DNA of 49,856 nucleotides, from positions 1 to 49,856 of IMG/VR virus record IMGVR_UViG_3300037313_000092, one strand, 5' to 3'. The notes beneath the pieces were generated by a model that worked only from the letters and a program-made list of their open reading frames with translations, ran no database searches and was not told the origin of the DNA. The first letter of the stretch is position 1; every line of letters starts with the position of its first letter. Both the position numbers and the translations under genes were made by a program. Source of the DNA: a virus. Shown here one piece after another: positions 32,312-40,700 of the stretch.

Positions 32312-32672
32312 GTTTTTCGCTGCTTTGATTGCTGCTTTCTCTATCGTGTCAATCCCTAATATGGTTCTGGCAGAGGATGCTCCTGTAGAAGCCCCGAAGG
32401 CTGAGTGTAAGAACCCAGAACTTGAGAAGGCCATGGCGGCTGATGGTATCAAGACTGTCCAGCTTGGCGACGAAGAGAAGAAGGCGATGGAGAGCAATCT
32501 CGGTAAGCCTCCCGGTGTCGTAGGCGATTACGATCTGTTCCTTGCTGTGCGTGGTGAGGCTGGCGTTCTGATGATGAAGCAGCAGGGTTGTATTGTTCAG
32601 ATGGCTGGTCCTGGAGACGCTAATACTATTATGCGTATCTTGACCCCGAAGGCCGACGACGGTAGTATTTAA
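32301..32672 (+). CDS. Secreted (signal-peptide) protein
   Basis: ATG at 32301 with AGGA upstream. The N-terminus MKTRFFAALIAAFSIVSIPNMVLA-EDAP looks like a Sec signal peptide with a cleavage site. Confidence 0.6.
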   Translation: MKTRFFAALIAAFSIVSIPNMVLAEDAPVEAPKAECKNPELEKAMAADGIKTVQLGDEEKKAMESNLGKPPGVVGDYDLFLAVRGEAGVLMMKQQGCIVQMAGPGDANTIMRILTPKADDGSI

Positions 32673-32908
32673 TGCCGCACCCTAATCCAAAGAAGGAAAC
32701 GGCCTATGAAGACAGCCCAGCACAAGTCAAGCGTAGAGAAGCGCGTAACCGAGCTAGAGCAAAGGCTGAACGAGCTGGAAAAGTCCACAAAGGTGATGGC
32801 CGGGAACTTGACCATGTTGGCTTCCATCGAACAGGTTCCCTTGACCATGTCCCAACAAAGGTTGTTTCCCGACATGCTAATCGTATCAGGCAGCCGAAGC
32901 GTAAATGA
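32672..32908 (+). CDS. Small basic protein, degenerate HNH-like
   Basis: 78 aa, with TAATG and ATGA coupling to its neighbours. The motif is KGDGRELDHVGFHRTGSLDHVPTKVVSRHANR. The family assignment is tentative. Confidence 0.35.
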   Translation: MPHPNPKKETAYEDSPAQVKRREARNRARAKAERAGKVHKGDGRELDHVGFHRTGSLDHVPTKVVSRHANRIRQPKRK

Positions 32909-33174
32909 AACAGAAGCATTGGATTGAACATATTGTCTGGGAAGACCACTCGGGCGGTACCGCAGGATGGACTGAAGTCGAGAATATTCAGAAGGAAGTC
33001 AATGACGAATACTTCATCCATACAGTCGGCATGGTCATCGCGGAGAACTCCAAGAGGCTCACCCTCGTCCAGAACCTCGCGAAGAACATGATGGCGGACC
33101 ATCATATGACTATTCTGAAGAATAACATTCTTAAGCGTAAGAAGCTCGCATTTATCACAGAAAGGGTGAAGTAA
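32905..33174 (+). CDS. Hypothetical protein
   Basis: 89-aa ORF. Confidence 0.5.
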   Translation: MKQKHWIEHIVWEDHSGGTAGWTEVENIQKEVNDEYFIHTVGMVIAENSKRLTLVQNLAKNMMADHHMTILKNNILKRKKLAFITERVK

Positions 33175-33461
33175 TGGATTTCACGGGATTGAAGATTACG
33201 TTGGTTTGTTTGGCTGTCGCGGGATTGGTGTTTGTCTACGAGGCTTGGAAGAACAAAGGCAAGGTTGGATTGACTTCTGATGGTCTGATCGACGAGGCCA
33301 AGATCATTGTCGCCAAGCTTGAGGACTACGTCGAGACAGAGACCAAGAAGGTCGAAGCCAACGTCGAGAAGCGGTTGGGTCTTGAGGCGGCAATCGAAAC
33401 GGCGAACGCTGATATCCAGAAGGCTAAGGACTTCGCCGATAAGGTCAAGGCTCTGTTTTGA
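33174..33461 (+). CDS. Membrane-anchored coiled-coil protein
   Basis: 95 aa. The N-terminal TM segment is LKITLVCLAVAGLVFVY. Confidence 0.5.
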   Translation: MDFTGLKITLVCLAVAGLVFVYEAWKNKGKVGLTSDGLIDEAKIIVAKLEDYVETETKKVEANVEKRLGLEAAIETANADIQKAKDFADKVKALF

Positions 33462-33610
33462 GAGTAAACACCGATAAACCGGAGTATGAGGAGTTGAAGA
33501 AAAAGTATATTGAGCTGTACCAACTCACGACCGGGCAAAATTATACATTAGAGGCTCACATGAAGCTAATTGACGAGATCGGGGCTTTGCAAAACAAGGT
33601 CATTGAATGA
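33458..33610 (+). CDS. Small helical protein (50 aa)
   Basis: TTG start in a TTGA overlap, and an ATGA overlap downstream. Hand-found. Confidence 0.35.
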   Translation: MRVNTDKPEYEELKKKYIELYQLTTGQNYTLEAHMKLIDEIGALQNKVIE

Positions 33611-34035
33611 AGTCAATCTACCTCATAGGTAGCCTCCGAAACGACAAAGTCCCTCAGGTTGGAAATCTCCTGAGGGACAACGGTTGGGATGCTTTCGATG
33701 ATTGGTATGGCGCAGGCCATGAAGCAGACGATATGTGGAGGGATTATGAGCAGACACATCGCAAGAGGTCTTTACGCGACAGTGTTTATGGTTATGCCGC
33801 TCGTCATGTTTTCGCTTTTGATAAGTACCACCTCGATCGGTGCGATCTTGCTTGCCTCGTTATGCCTGCCGGACGATCTGGGCACCTTGAGTTGGGGTAT
33901 TTCGTTGGTAGTGGCAAGCCCGGTTTTATCCTTCTTGACGGCGTTCCTGAGCGCTATGACGTTATGTGGAATTTCGCTACTGACATCTTCACGTCGCCAG
34001 AAGAACTCTTGAATGGTCTTCAGAGCTTTCGATGA
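33607..34035 (+). CDS. Nucleoside 2-deoxyribosyltransferase-like protein
   Basis: Motifs are SIYLIGSLRN and GRSGHLELGYFVGSGKPGFILL. 142 aa. Confidence 0.6.
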   Translation: MKSIYLIGSLRNDKVPQVGNLLRDNGWDAFDDWYGAGHEADDMWRDYEQTHRKRSLRDSVYGYAARHVFAFDKYHLDRCDLACLVMPAGRSGHLELGYFVGSGKPGFILLDGVPERYDVMWNFATDIFTSPEELLNGLQSFR

Positions 34036-34450
34036 TTTAATCGAGAAGTATTTAGACCGCTGTTTAGAGATTTTAAAGGAACATGGTTATTTGAAAAAGA
34101 TCTATATTGCAGGACCTATGAGTGGGTATCCGGAGTTTAACTTTCCGGCATTCTTTGGGGCACAGAAGAAACTAGAAGAAAAAGGATGGTATGTATTCAA
34201 TCCAGCGAACAAGCCCGATGAAGAGCAACTCAAACAATCCGGAAGCTTTGTCACCGGAGACGCAAAGGCAGCTATTGCTGGAGGGTTTGATTTTAGGGAA
34301 GCTTACACTTGGGATGTCACTAAGGTCATTGAAGCAGATGGTATATACATGCTTAGAGGCTGGGAACAATCCCCGGGCGCTCGCGGTGAACATGCTGTCG
34401 CAGTCGCTATGAAGAAGCATTACCCGGATTATGAAATCATCTATGAGTGA
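34013..34450 (+). CDS. DUF4406-type nucleoside deoxyribosyltransferase-like protein
   Basis: Motifs are KIYIAGPMSGYPEFNFPAF and MLRGWEQSPGARGEHAVA. Confidence 0.65.
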   Translation: MVFRAFDDLIEKYLDRCLEILKEHGYLKKIYIAGPMSGYPEFNFPAFFGAQKKLEEKGWYVFNPANKPDEEQLKQSGSFVTGDAKAAIAGGFDFREAYTWDVTKVIEADGIYMLRGWEQSPGARGEHAVAVAMKKHYPDYEIIYE

Positions 34451-34901
34451 ATACAAAGTCAAGAAGCTTACGGTGCAAGAAGCCATTAATGAAATCGGCT
34501 CTATGAGTGGGACAGCGTTCAGTGATGCATTATTCCGGGATGTTAAACAAGAGAGCCTTCGTCCCGGTGACGACATGGAGAAAGGTGGAGTAAAGTTCGA
34601 TGACGGAAAAACTCGAGACGACCTACTCCCTCCCGAACTGGAAGAGGCAGTTGCAGCAGTCCTCGCGTTCGGTGCTAAGAAGTATGCTGCGCGGAACTGG
34701 GAAATGGGAATGGATTGGTCACGCCCGTGGTCGGCGGCTCGTCGACACCTTCGAAACTGGTTTGCAAGACGGGACTTTGGCAAAGGTCCGGGTAACGACC
34801 GAGATAGTGGTTACTCCGATCTCTGGCACGCAGCCTGTAACATCGCGTTCCTCATCGCCTACGAAGCCCGAGGCAAAGGGACCGATGATCGACCTCGTTA
34901 G
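34431..34901 (+). CDS. dATP/dGTP pyrophosphohydrolase-like (MazG-associated N-terminal domain type) protein
   Basis: The motif is VKFDDGKTRDDLLPPELEEAVAAVLAFGAKKYAARNWE. An alternative ATG lies at 34443. Confidence 0.55.
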   Translation: MKSSMSEYKVKKLTVQEAINEIGSMSGTAFSDALFRDVKQESLRPGDDMEKGGVKFDDGKTRDDLLPPELEEAVAAVLAFGAKKYAARNWEMGMDWSRPWSAARRHLRNWFARRDFGKGPGNDRDSGYSDLWHAACNIAFLIAYEARGKGTDDRPR

Positions 34902-34925
34902 TGATTTGTATAGGAGACCCTACCC

Positions 34926-35030
34926 TTGATCCTCCAAGCACTAATCACAGCGGTAATCACTGTGTGTTTGTATTTCGGTTTTAAATATCTTTTGATTTGG
35001 TTCTTTCTATGGATGGGAGATAGCAGATGA
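34926..35030 (+). CDS. Small transmembrane peptide (34 aa)
   Basis: TTG start with AGGAGA 8 nt upstream. The peptide is ILQALITAVITVCLYFGFKYLLIWFFLWMGDSR. It has an ATGA overlap with the next ORF. Confidence 0.3.
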   Translation: MILQALITAVITVCLYFGFKYLLIWFFLWMGDSR

Positions 35031-35173
35031 GTTTTAAGTCAGTGGAGAATAAGATTGCCAAGAAAGAAGGCGTCTCAAAGAAAACGGCAGCTAAGGAATT
35101 GGCTGCTTCTACCCGGCGCGCGTCGCCTGCGGCGAAGAAGGCAAACCCTAATCTGAAGAAGGTTAAGGGTTAA
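35027..35173 (+). CDS. Small Lys-rich basic protein (48 aa)
   Basis: GGGAGA 7 nt upstream of the ATG. The protein is MSFKSVENKIAKKEGVSKKTAAKELAASTRRASPAAKKANPNLKKVKG. Confidence 0.4.
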   Translation: MSFKSVENKIAKKEGVSKKTAAKELAASTRRASPAAKKANPNLKKVKG

Positions 35174-35178
35174 ACTAA

Positions 35179-35212
35179 AGGCCCCTTGGAGAAATCCTTG
35201 GGGCCTCTTTTT
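35179..35212. terminator. Bidirectional terminator where the two arms converge
   Basis: A stem AGGCCCC/GGGGCCT plus inner GG/CC pairs, followed by CTTTTT. It sits between the last + gene (stop at 35173) and the last - gene (stop at 35211). Confidence 0.6.
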
Positions 35213-35660
35213 ATGTCTTTTGTTCGTAGCGTTGGTTTAACAGAAACTTCAGCCGAGCTTCTTCTGTTTCTGTGAGTTTGCCTTTGTTTATTAACCCGTC
35301 TATTTCACGACGAGCATCCCATGATTTAGAGTTGACATCATCTACAAAAGGTTGGTCTTTAATCTTAGCTCTGGTTTCTGCGTTGTCTGCCCTGTATCGA
35401 CTTATAGACGCAGCCTTACTTTCTTCGATACTGGCTTGTCTGGCTTCTTCAGTGGCATGACGGAAAGGCCGTCTGGCTCCAGAACCTAGACCTCCTGCGC
35501 CACCAGGAGTGCTAGTCATGATTTGACTTAAATCGGCAGCTCGTTGGATACCTTCTTCAGACAAAGGATCAACCTTGCCGGCTAGGACATCTCCGGGCAG
35601 AGTAACCGCACCCATGATGGTACTGCCTATTTGTTCAACCTTTTTCTGGATGCCCTTCAT
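35211..35660 (-). CDS. Hypothetical protein (last gene of the late arm)
   Basis: 149-aa charged ORF. Confidence 0.5.
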   Translation of the reverse strand: MKGIQKKVEQIGSTIMGAVTLPGDVLAGKVDPLSEEGIQRAADLSQIMTSTPGGAGGLGSGARRPFRHATEEARQASIEESKAASISRYRADNAETRAKIKDQPFVDDVNSKSWDARREIDGLINKGKLTETEEARLKFLLNQRYEQKT

Positions 35661-35695
35661 AAGATCAAGCTTTGGCGTATTTTCAGGGCCGCCGC

Positions 35696-37771
35696 CTACC
35701 GAGGGTTTTCTTTGGAGTTCTCTTCGGCTTGGACTTTATCCTGTACGGCCTTATACAACGGAGTACCCGGATCAACACCGATGATAGGAAGCAATCTGTA
35801 GACCTCCTCCATGGGTGTTTTGCCCTGAGATTTCCAGACTTCTTTCATGGAATTGATAGCGGAGTTAAGCTCGCCCAACCCACGGTTAGCACTCTGGAGC
35901 ATATTGCTCGGGGTCAAACGGTTACCCGTGTATTCGAAGTTTCCGGTTGCTGGGTTGAAACCAAGTGTGAGATTACTATTCCTCGACCATGCCTTAGCGT
36001 TTGAGTTCGCACCCATAGCCTGCGTAGCATACACAGAAGCGAAGCCTGAGTTAGCAAACTGATAAAATGTCTCCTTTGACTTCGTATCCAGCTTCTCGAC
36101 AGCACGGACCATTTGAGGTGATACAAGGTTATTGAACACCAAAGTCTGGCTGCCGGGATCACCATTAAAACTGTCAATTAACGTAGTGTTCCCCGGACCA
36201 AAGAGATGTTGGACAGCCTTCTTAGGTGCGTCTTTGTCATCAACCTTATCGGAATGGATAATCGTATTGACACCGTCCTGAAGCGCAGCCTTCCAGAGGT
36301 TAGGGTCCATCTGGCCGTTCTGCTTGAAGACATCAAACGTCTGCTTCAGACTACCACTACCAGAAGCAATCTGGCCTTGATTGAACTGACGGAAGCCTTC
36401 CATCATCGACGTAGCCAGCGGCCCGTTATACAGGTTAAGCATGATGGCGCCGTTGTCGCCGTAGAACTTCCTACCAGCCGCAACAGTGGCAGCAATAGGC
36501 GCCTGACGGAGGAAGTCGCCTTCAGCAGCCTCAAGGCGAGCTTTATTCCAGTTCACTGTCTGGGCAGCGATACCATGCTTCTCGTTGAACAGACCGTCTT
36601 CTAGGTCGGTAATCATACTCATGCCTTGGTTAACGATAGCACTTCTTTTGTTACTATCGTTGATCTTTGACGTGAGTGTTTCTGTACTGCCCTCAGCCAG
36701 TGGTTTGGTCAAGAACTTCTCGGCCTCGACAAGATACTGCTGTTTCAATTGAGCCATACTAGAAGCCACCATCTGCTTCTCATCTGGCGTCAAAGTAGCA
36801 CGTTTACCAGAGTTGATATCGTTAAACAACTGCTGGAAGTCCTGCGGCGTCCTTAAACCCATGGCATTAGTAGAACCAAGAACAAGATGCCCTGAGATAT
36901 CAGTCAACGCCTGTGTAGCAATGTCTTCGGCTTTATTAGCGACAGCCTGAGTGATACCTCGGTCCATAGCCAGTTCAGCCGTCTTAGCAGATACAGCCCA
37001 CTCTCTAGCCTTCATTTTGCCGACATTCATCTGGACTTCTTCCCACGGCGGGGCCTTACCAGCAGCCTTAAGGGCCTCGTAGTTCGGGTAAAGCTGATGG
37101 ATATACCCAGCGTCCTGATGCTCCATCGTAGCCTGTTTGTCAGCGGCAGCCTGCTGCTTAGCGTTAATTTCCTTGACGTTCTGGAGCAGAGCAGACCGCA
37201 GAGCATTAGCCGGAGTAGTCCCGGTGATCTGCTGGACCTTCTGGTCTACAACGTCTGTATACCCCGGGAACTGAGCCTTAACCTGACGGACGTAGGCTTC
37301 GAGTTTACCGTAATACGCAGTATCATCGAAGACACCCTGACGGTACGCCTCAGTCAATCCTTGGACCTTGGCACCCAGCCGGTTGACAGCTACAGGGACA
37401 TCCTTGTCTGCGCCACCCTGAGCTAGCGTTCCACCGTCAGTTGGACTAGGCATACCCTGTGCGATGTCCGCTGCCTGAGCAACACCAAAGCTGTCTCTGA
37501 TCTGATCGATACCTTTATGTAGAGTATCATCGAGTTTATTCTTGATGGCCGCGTCAGTCAGCGAGACACCGAGATCACCCAGCTTAGAGATACCTTCTAG
37601 CGCCTGACCGGCAGTCTTATTAGCCGTGTAGTCCGGAGTGTAGACACGGACACTCAGCCCCGGGACTTCTGCCAAGGGCTGTAGCTGAGCTCTATCCGTA
37701 CCTTGGGTAAAGTTATTACCCATATAGCTCGGATCGGAAGTAGGATTAACAGGTGGTGAGAAATTAGCCAT
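35696..37771 (-). CDS. Internal virion or ejection protein candidate
   Basis: 691-aa ORF directly downstream of the 1862-aa protein. Synteny resembles the T7 gp14-16 core block. Confidence 0.4.
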   Translation of the reverse strand: MANFSPPVNPTSDPSYMGNNFTQGTDRAQLQPLAEVPGLSVRVYTPDYTANKTAGQALEGISKLGDLGVSLTDAAIKNKLDDTLHKGIDQIRDSFGVAQAADIAQGMPSPTDGGTLAQGGADKDVPVAVNRLGAKVQGLTEAYRQGVFDDTAYYGKLEAYVRQVKAQFPGYTDVVDQKVQQITGTTPANALRSALLQNVKEINAKQQAAADKQATMEHQDAGYIHQLYPNYEALKAAGKAPPWEEVQMNVGKMKAREWAVSAKTAELAMDRGITQAVANKAEDIATQALTDISGHLVLGSTNAMGLRTPQDFQQLFNDINSGKRATLTPDEKQMVASSMAQLKQQYLVEAEKFLTKPLAEGSTETLTSKINDSNKRSAIVNQGMSMITDLEDGLFNEKHGIAAQTVNWNKARLEAAEGDFLRQAPIAATVAAGRKFYGDNGAIMLNLYNGPLATSMMEGFRQFNQGQIASGSGSLKQTFDVFKQNGQMDPNLWKAALQDGVNTIIHSDKVDDKDAPKKAVQHLFGPGNTTLIDSFNGDPGSQTLVFNNLVSPQMVRAVEKLDTKSKETFYQFANSGFASVYATQAMGANSNAKAWSRNSNLTLGFNPATGNFEYTGNRLTPSNMLQSANRGLGELNSAINSMKEVWKSQGKTPMEEVYRLLPIIGVDPGTPLYKAVQDKVQAEENSKENPR

Positions 37772-40700
37772 TACTGGTTGTCCTGATTAACCTGATTATG
37801 TTTCTGAATATTCTTCATGTAGTCCATATACTGAGGGGTTTGACGAAGCTGAGGCAGGTTCTGCTGCCACATACGCTCTGCCTGATCAACAAGGTCTTCA
37901 TTGCCATGCATGGCTTGTTTGAACATCTTGGCTTGGTCCTGCATACTCATGTCAGCCAATGCTGAGAGGCTCTTAGTCCTAGTCATGAAGTCCATCATAC
38001 TCTGGACATCCCCACGGGCCATGGCTTCTTGAGCAAGCTTCCAGTTCTCAAGGATTTGAGGACGAAGGCTTTCTTGGACTTGTTTCAATCCCTTGAGATA
38101 ATCCATTCTGAGAAATGCATCACTGTCTCTTTTAGGGTTCAAACCCATGCCCATCATGAAGGCTTCGAACGTATCGATGTTACTATCGATAAGCATTTCC
38201 TTCTTAGACCAAAGCTTACCTGCATGGAGACCTACTACTAGCTTCTCTAGATTATTCAAACTAGAAACATTCTCTGCAACGTTCATCAGGTCGTTAAGCT
38301 TCAGTGGGAAGTCATTCGGCTTACCCTGTAGGGCTGCCGCACCGAACCTCATAAACGGATACAGCGAAGACGCAACGTTAGCCATGAACCCACCGGAGGC
38401 ACCGACGAGAAGACTTGCGACATCTTTCTTACCGTCTAAGACATCACGAACGTTATTGAACTCAGGAGAGAACCTCTGGAGATCAGTTTCATGGCCTGTG
38501 ATGATATTAGTCAGCATCGTAGGAATGCCGTTATCAAGGGCGTCGAAGTACTTATCGTGGACGTTATAGCCGTTAGCCAGTGCGTATTTCCGGATGTCGG
38601 CGTAGTTCAATCCCGGGATGACCCCGAAACCAACACCACCCATCGTAGCAGGAATACCGTACAGAGCCGAGTACATACCAAGGACACGGGACTTCTCGCC
38701 CCAAGTCAACTGCTTGCCTAGCATCTGTTCAGTAAACCGGGCGTTCCAAGTCCAGAACTGCGTCGGGATCGAGAGAACACCTTCGTTGTATGAAGCGTTA
38801 CTGGCACGAGTCATGTTCATGCTCAGGGTGTCGAAACGGTTCAGGACATCGCCGATGGCACGGTTATCAAACACCGCAGTCGGGTTCTTCGTTCTCCAAT
38901 CCTGATACGCAGTAAAGAATGCGTTGTCTCGCACGATGGCTTCGCTTGCCTTGAAGAACAAGCGGCCTTTATCGAGAAACTTCTGTGTCCCGGACTGGAA
39001 CAGATTAGGATCACCAATCGTGGACTGAAGGGAGACTTCACCACCGATGTTATGAACGCCAGTCTTCTTCCACGCCTCCAGAGCTTCCAACCAATGGTCA
39101 CCATTCCAGCCCATAGCCTTGGCTTTCTTGGCGGCATCCTGAAGGATAGCAGCGTCTTCTGTAGCACGGTACAGCCGAGCCAGAGTACTCCCCGTCGCAC
39201 CTTTCAAGCCGTTCACGGGGCTCAAGGCTAGGACGTGGGCCAAACCCTGACCCTGCTGAATTAGTTGAACAGGATTAAACAACCCATCGACAGCATTGAA
39301 AGCAGCGGCTCGGGCGTACTGAGGGGCGTTCTTGATAGCAGGAAGGATAGTCTCTTCCAAGCGGCCCGCAGCTTTCGGACCAATCTTAGGCTCCAGCCAA
39401 TCGATGACACGCTTCTGGAGACCTTCAACAATACTACCGACTTCATCACGGGCTCCTAGGAAGTTAAGGATATTCTTACGGCTAACCATAGCCGCAGTAT
39501 ACAGTTCAGGATTGGTCAGTGCCTTTCCTGCGTCAAGATTACCAATGGCGTTGTATGTCCAGTACCAAGGGTTCTGCAGGATTTTATCTCGGGGCAGAGT
39601 ATTCTGAGGGAAGAGATGCCAGAACTCATTGACCCAACTCTCAGCGGCAGAAGTCTTGTAATCTCCCATCCATCGTTCACGGACAATCTGAGAGATACCT
39701 TTCTGAAGTGCAATATACGGATCATACAGCCGCGAGGGAACATTGGCATACTGAGGATTGCTCTCAGTGCCTCTGTTCTGGATTGTATCGAGCTGGCGGT
39801 CTCTATCGGCCAAGAACTCTTTATTATAGTTCTGGGACAGGTTATAAGACGAATACTGTTCCCTCAGGCCAGGATAAGCCTTGGCGAGTTCTTCCGAAGA
39901 TTGGAAGGTGTCTCGGCCAGCGGTCGTCAATACAAACGGGTGCTTGGTATCAACACCGAAGCTACCGCCTGTGAACCACTTCTTAAACTCAGGCGCAGTC
40001 TCAGGGAAGGTTCCTTTATCGAACATCGCCTGAAGTTCAGCCTCACGGCCGTTGAGTAAGTGTTCCCGGGCTTCGTTATATTTAGCAACCCAAGCCTCAC
40101 CTTCACGGCGGGTAGCGAACGTCTTAACAGAGATATCTCCGAAATGAGTAGGCCGACCCTTGCTGCCGATACCGATCTGTGGCATCTTCATGAAGTACGG
40201 GTCTTGGTAGATGACATGGCCGCCGGGTTCGTAAGGCATGTCTTCACCGAGGCGAATAGCCTTGTCTTCGAAAGCGTCAGTTACCACAAAGTGAATATCG
40301 TCCTTGTGGCCGGTGATCCCCATCAAGGGCTTCTCACGGGGGTTAGCCACCTGAAGGACTTGGTATTCACCGGACTTGATCTTGGCTTTCATCTCTCGAT
40401 CAAGAACCGTATCACCGAACTTCGTAGTGAACCGGCTCTCAGGGGTTACGTAAATGTTTGCATCCTGAGTATTAACAGGATCGAAGTTCTCAACCTTCTT
40501 GGCGTTGAACCAATCAGTCTTAGCGTTCGTAGGCAAGCCGACTTCATCGGTCGAAGGAATACTGACCTTGTAGTTACGGATACCCAAGCGGGCCTTGTCC
40601 CGATGCATCTGCTGCGCCCGAAGTAACCAGTCAAGGTCACTTAGGCGAACAAAGCTATCGTACCCAGCGATCTGTTTCTCCGTAGGCATCTTACCGAAGA

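Noticed and set aside
32706-32927. Alternate-frame 73-aa ORF with a good RBS and coiled-coil-looking sequence (VEKRVTELEQRLNELEKS)
   Set aside because: It is fully embedded in the Lys/Arg-rich 78-aa gene, which is start/stop-coupled to both neighbours. Shifted frames of purine-rich, Lys/Arg-rich coding sequence readily give Glu/Lys 'coiled coils'. Overprinting cannot be excluded, but nothing supports it.
34172-34783. 203-aa minus-strand ORF
   Set aside because: It is antisense to the DUF4406 and pyrophosphohydrolase-like genes, which have clear family motifs. It is Ser/Arg-rich and low-complexity.
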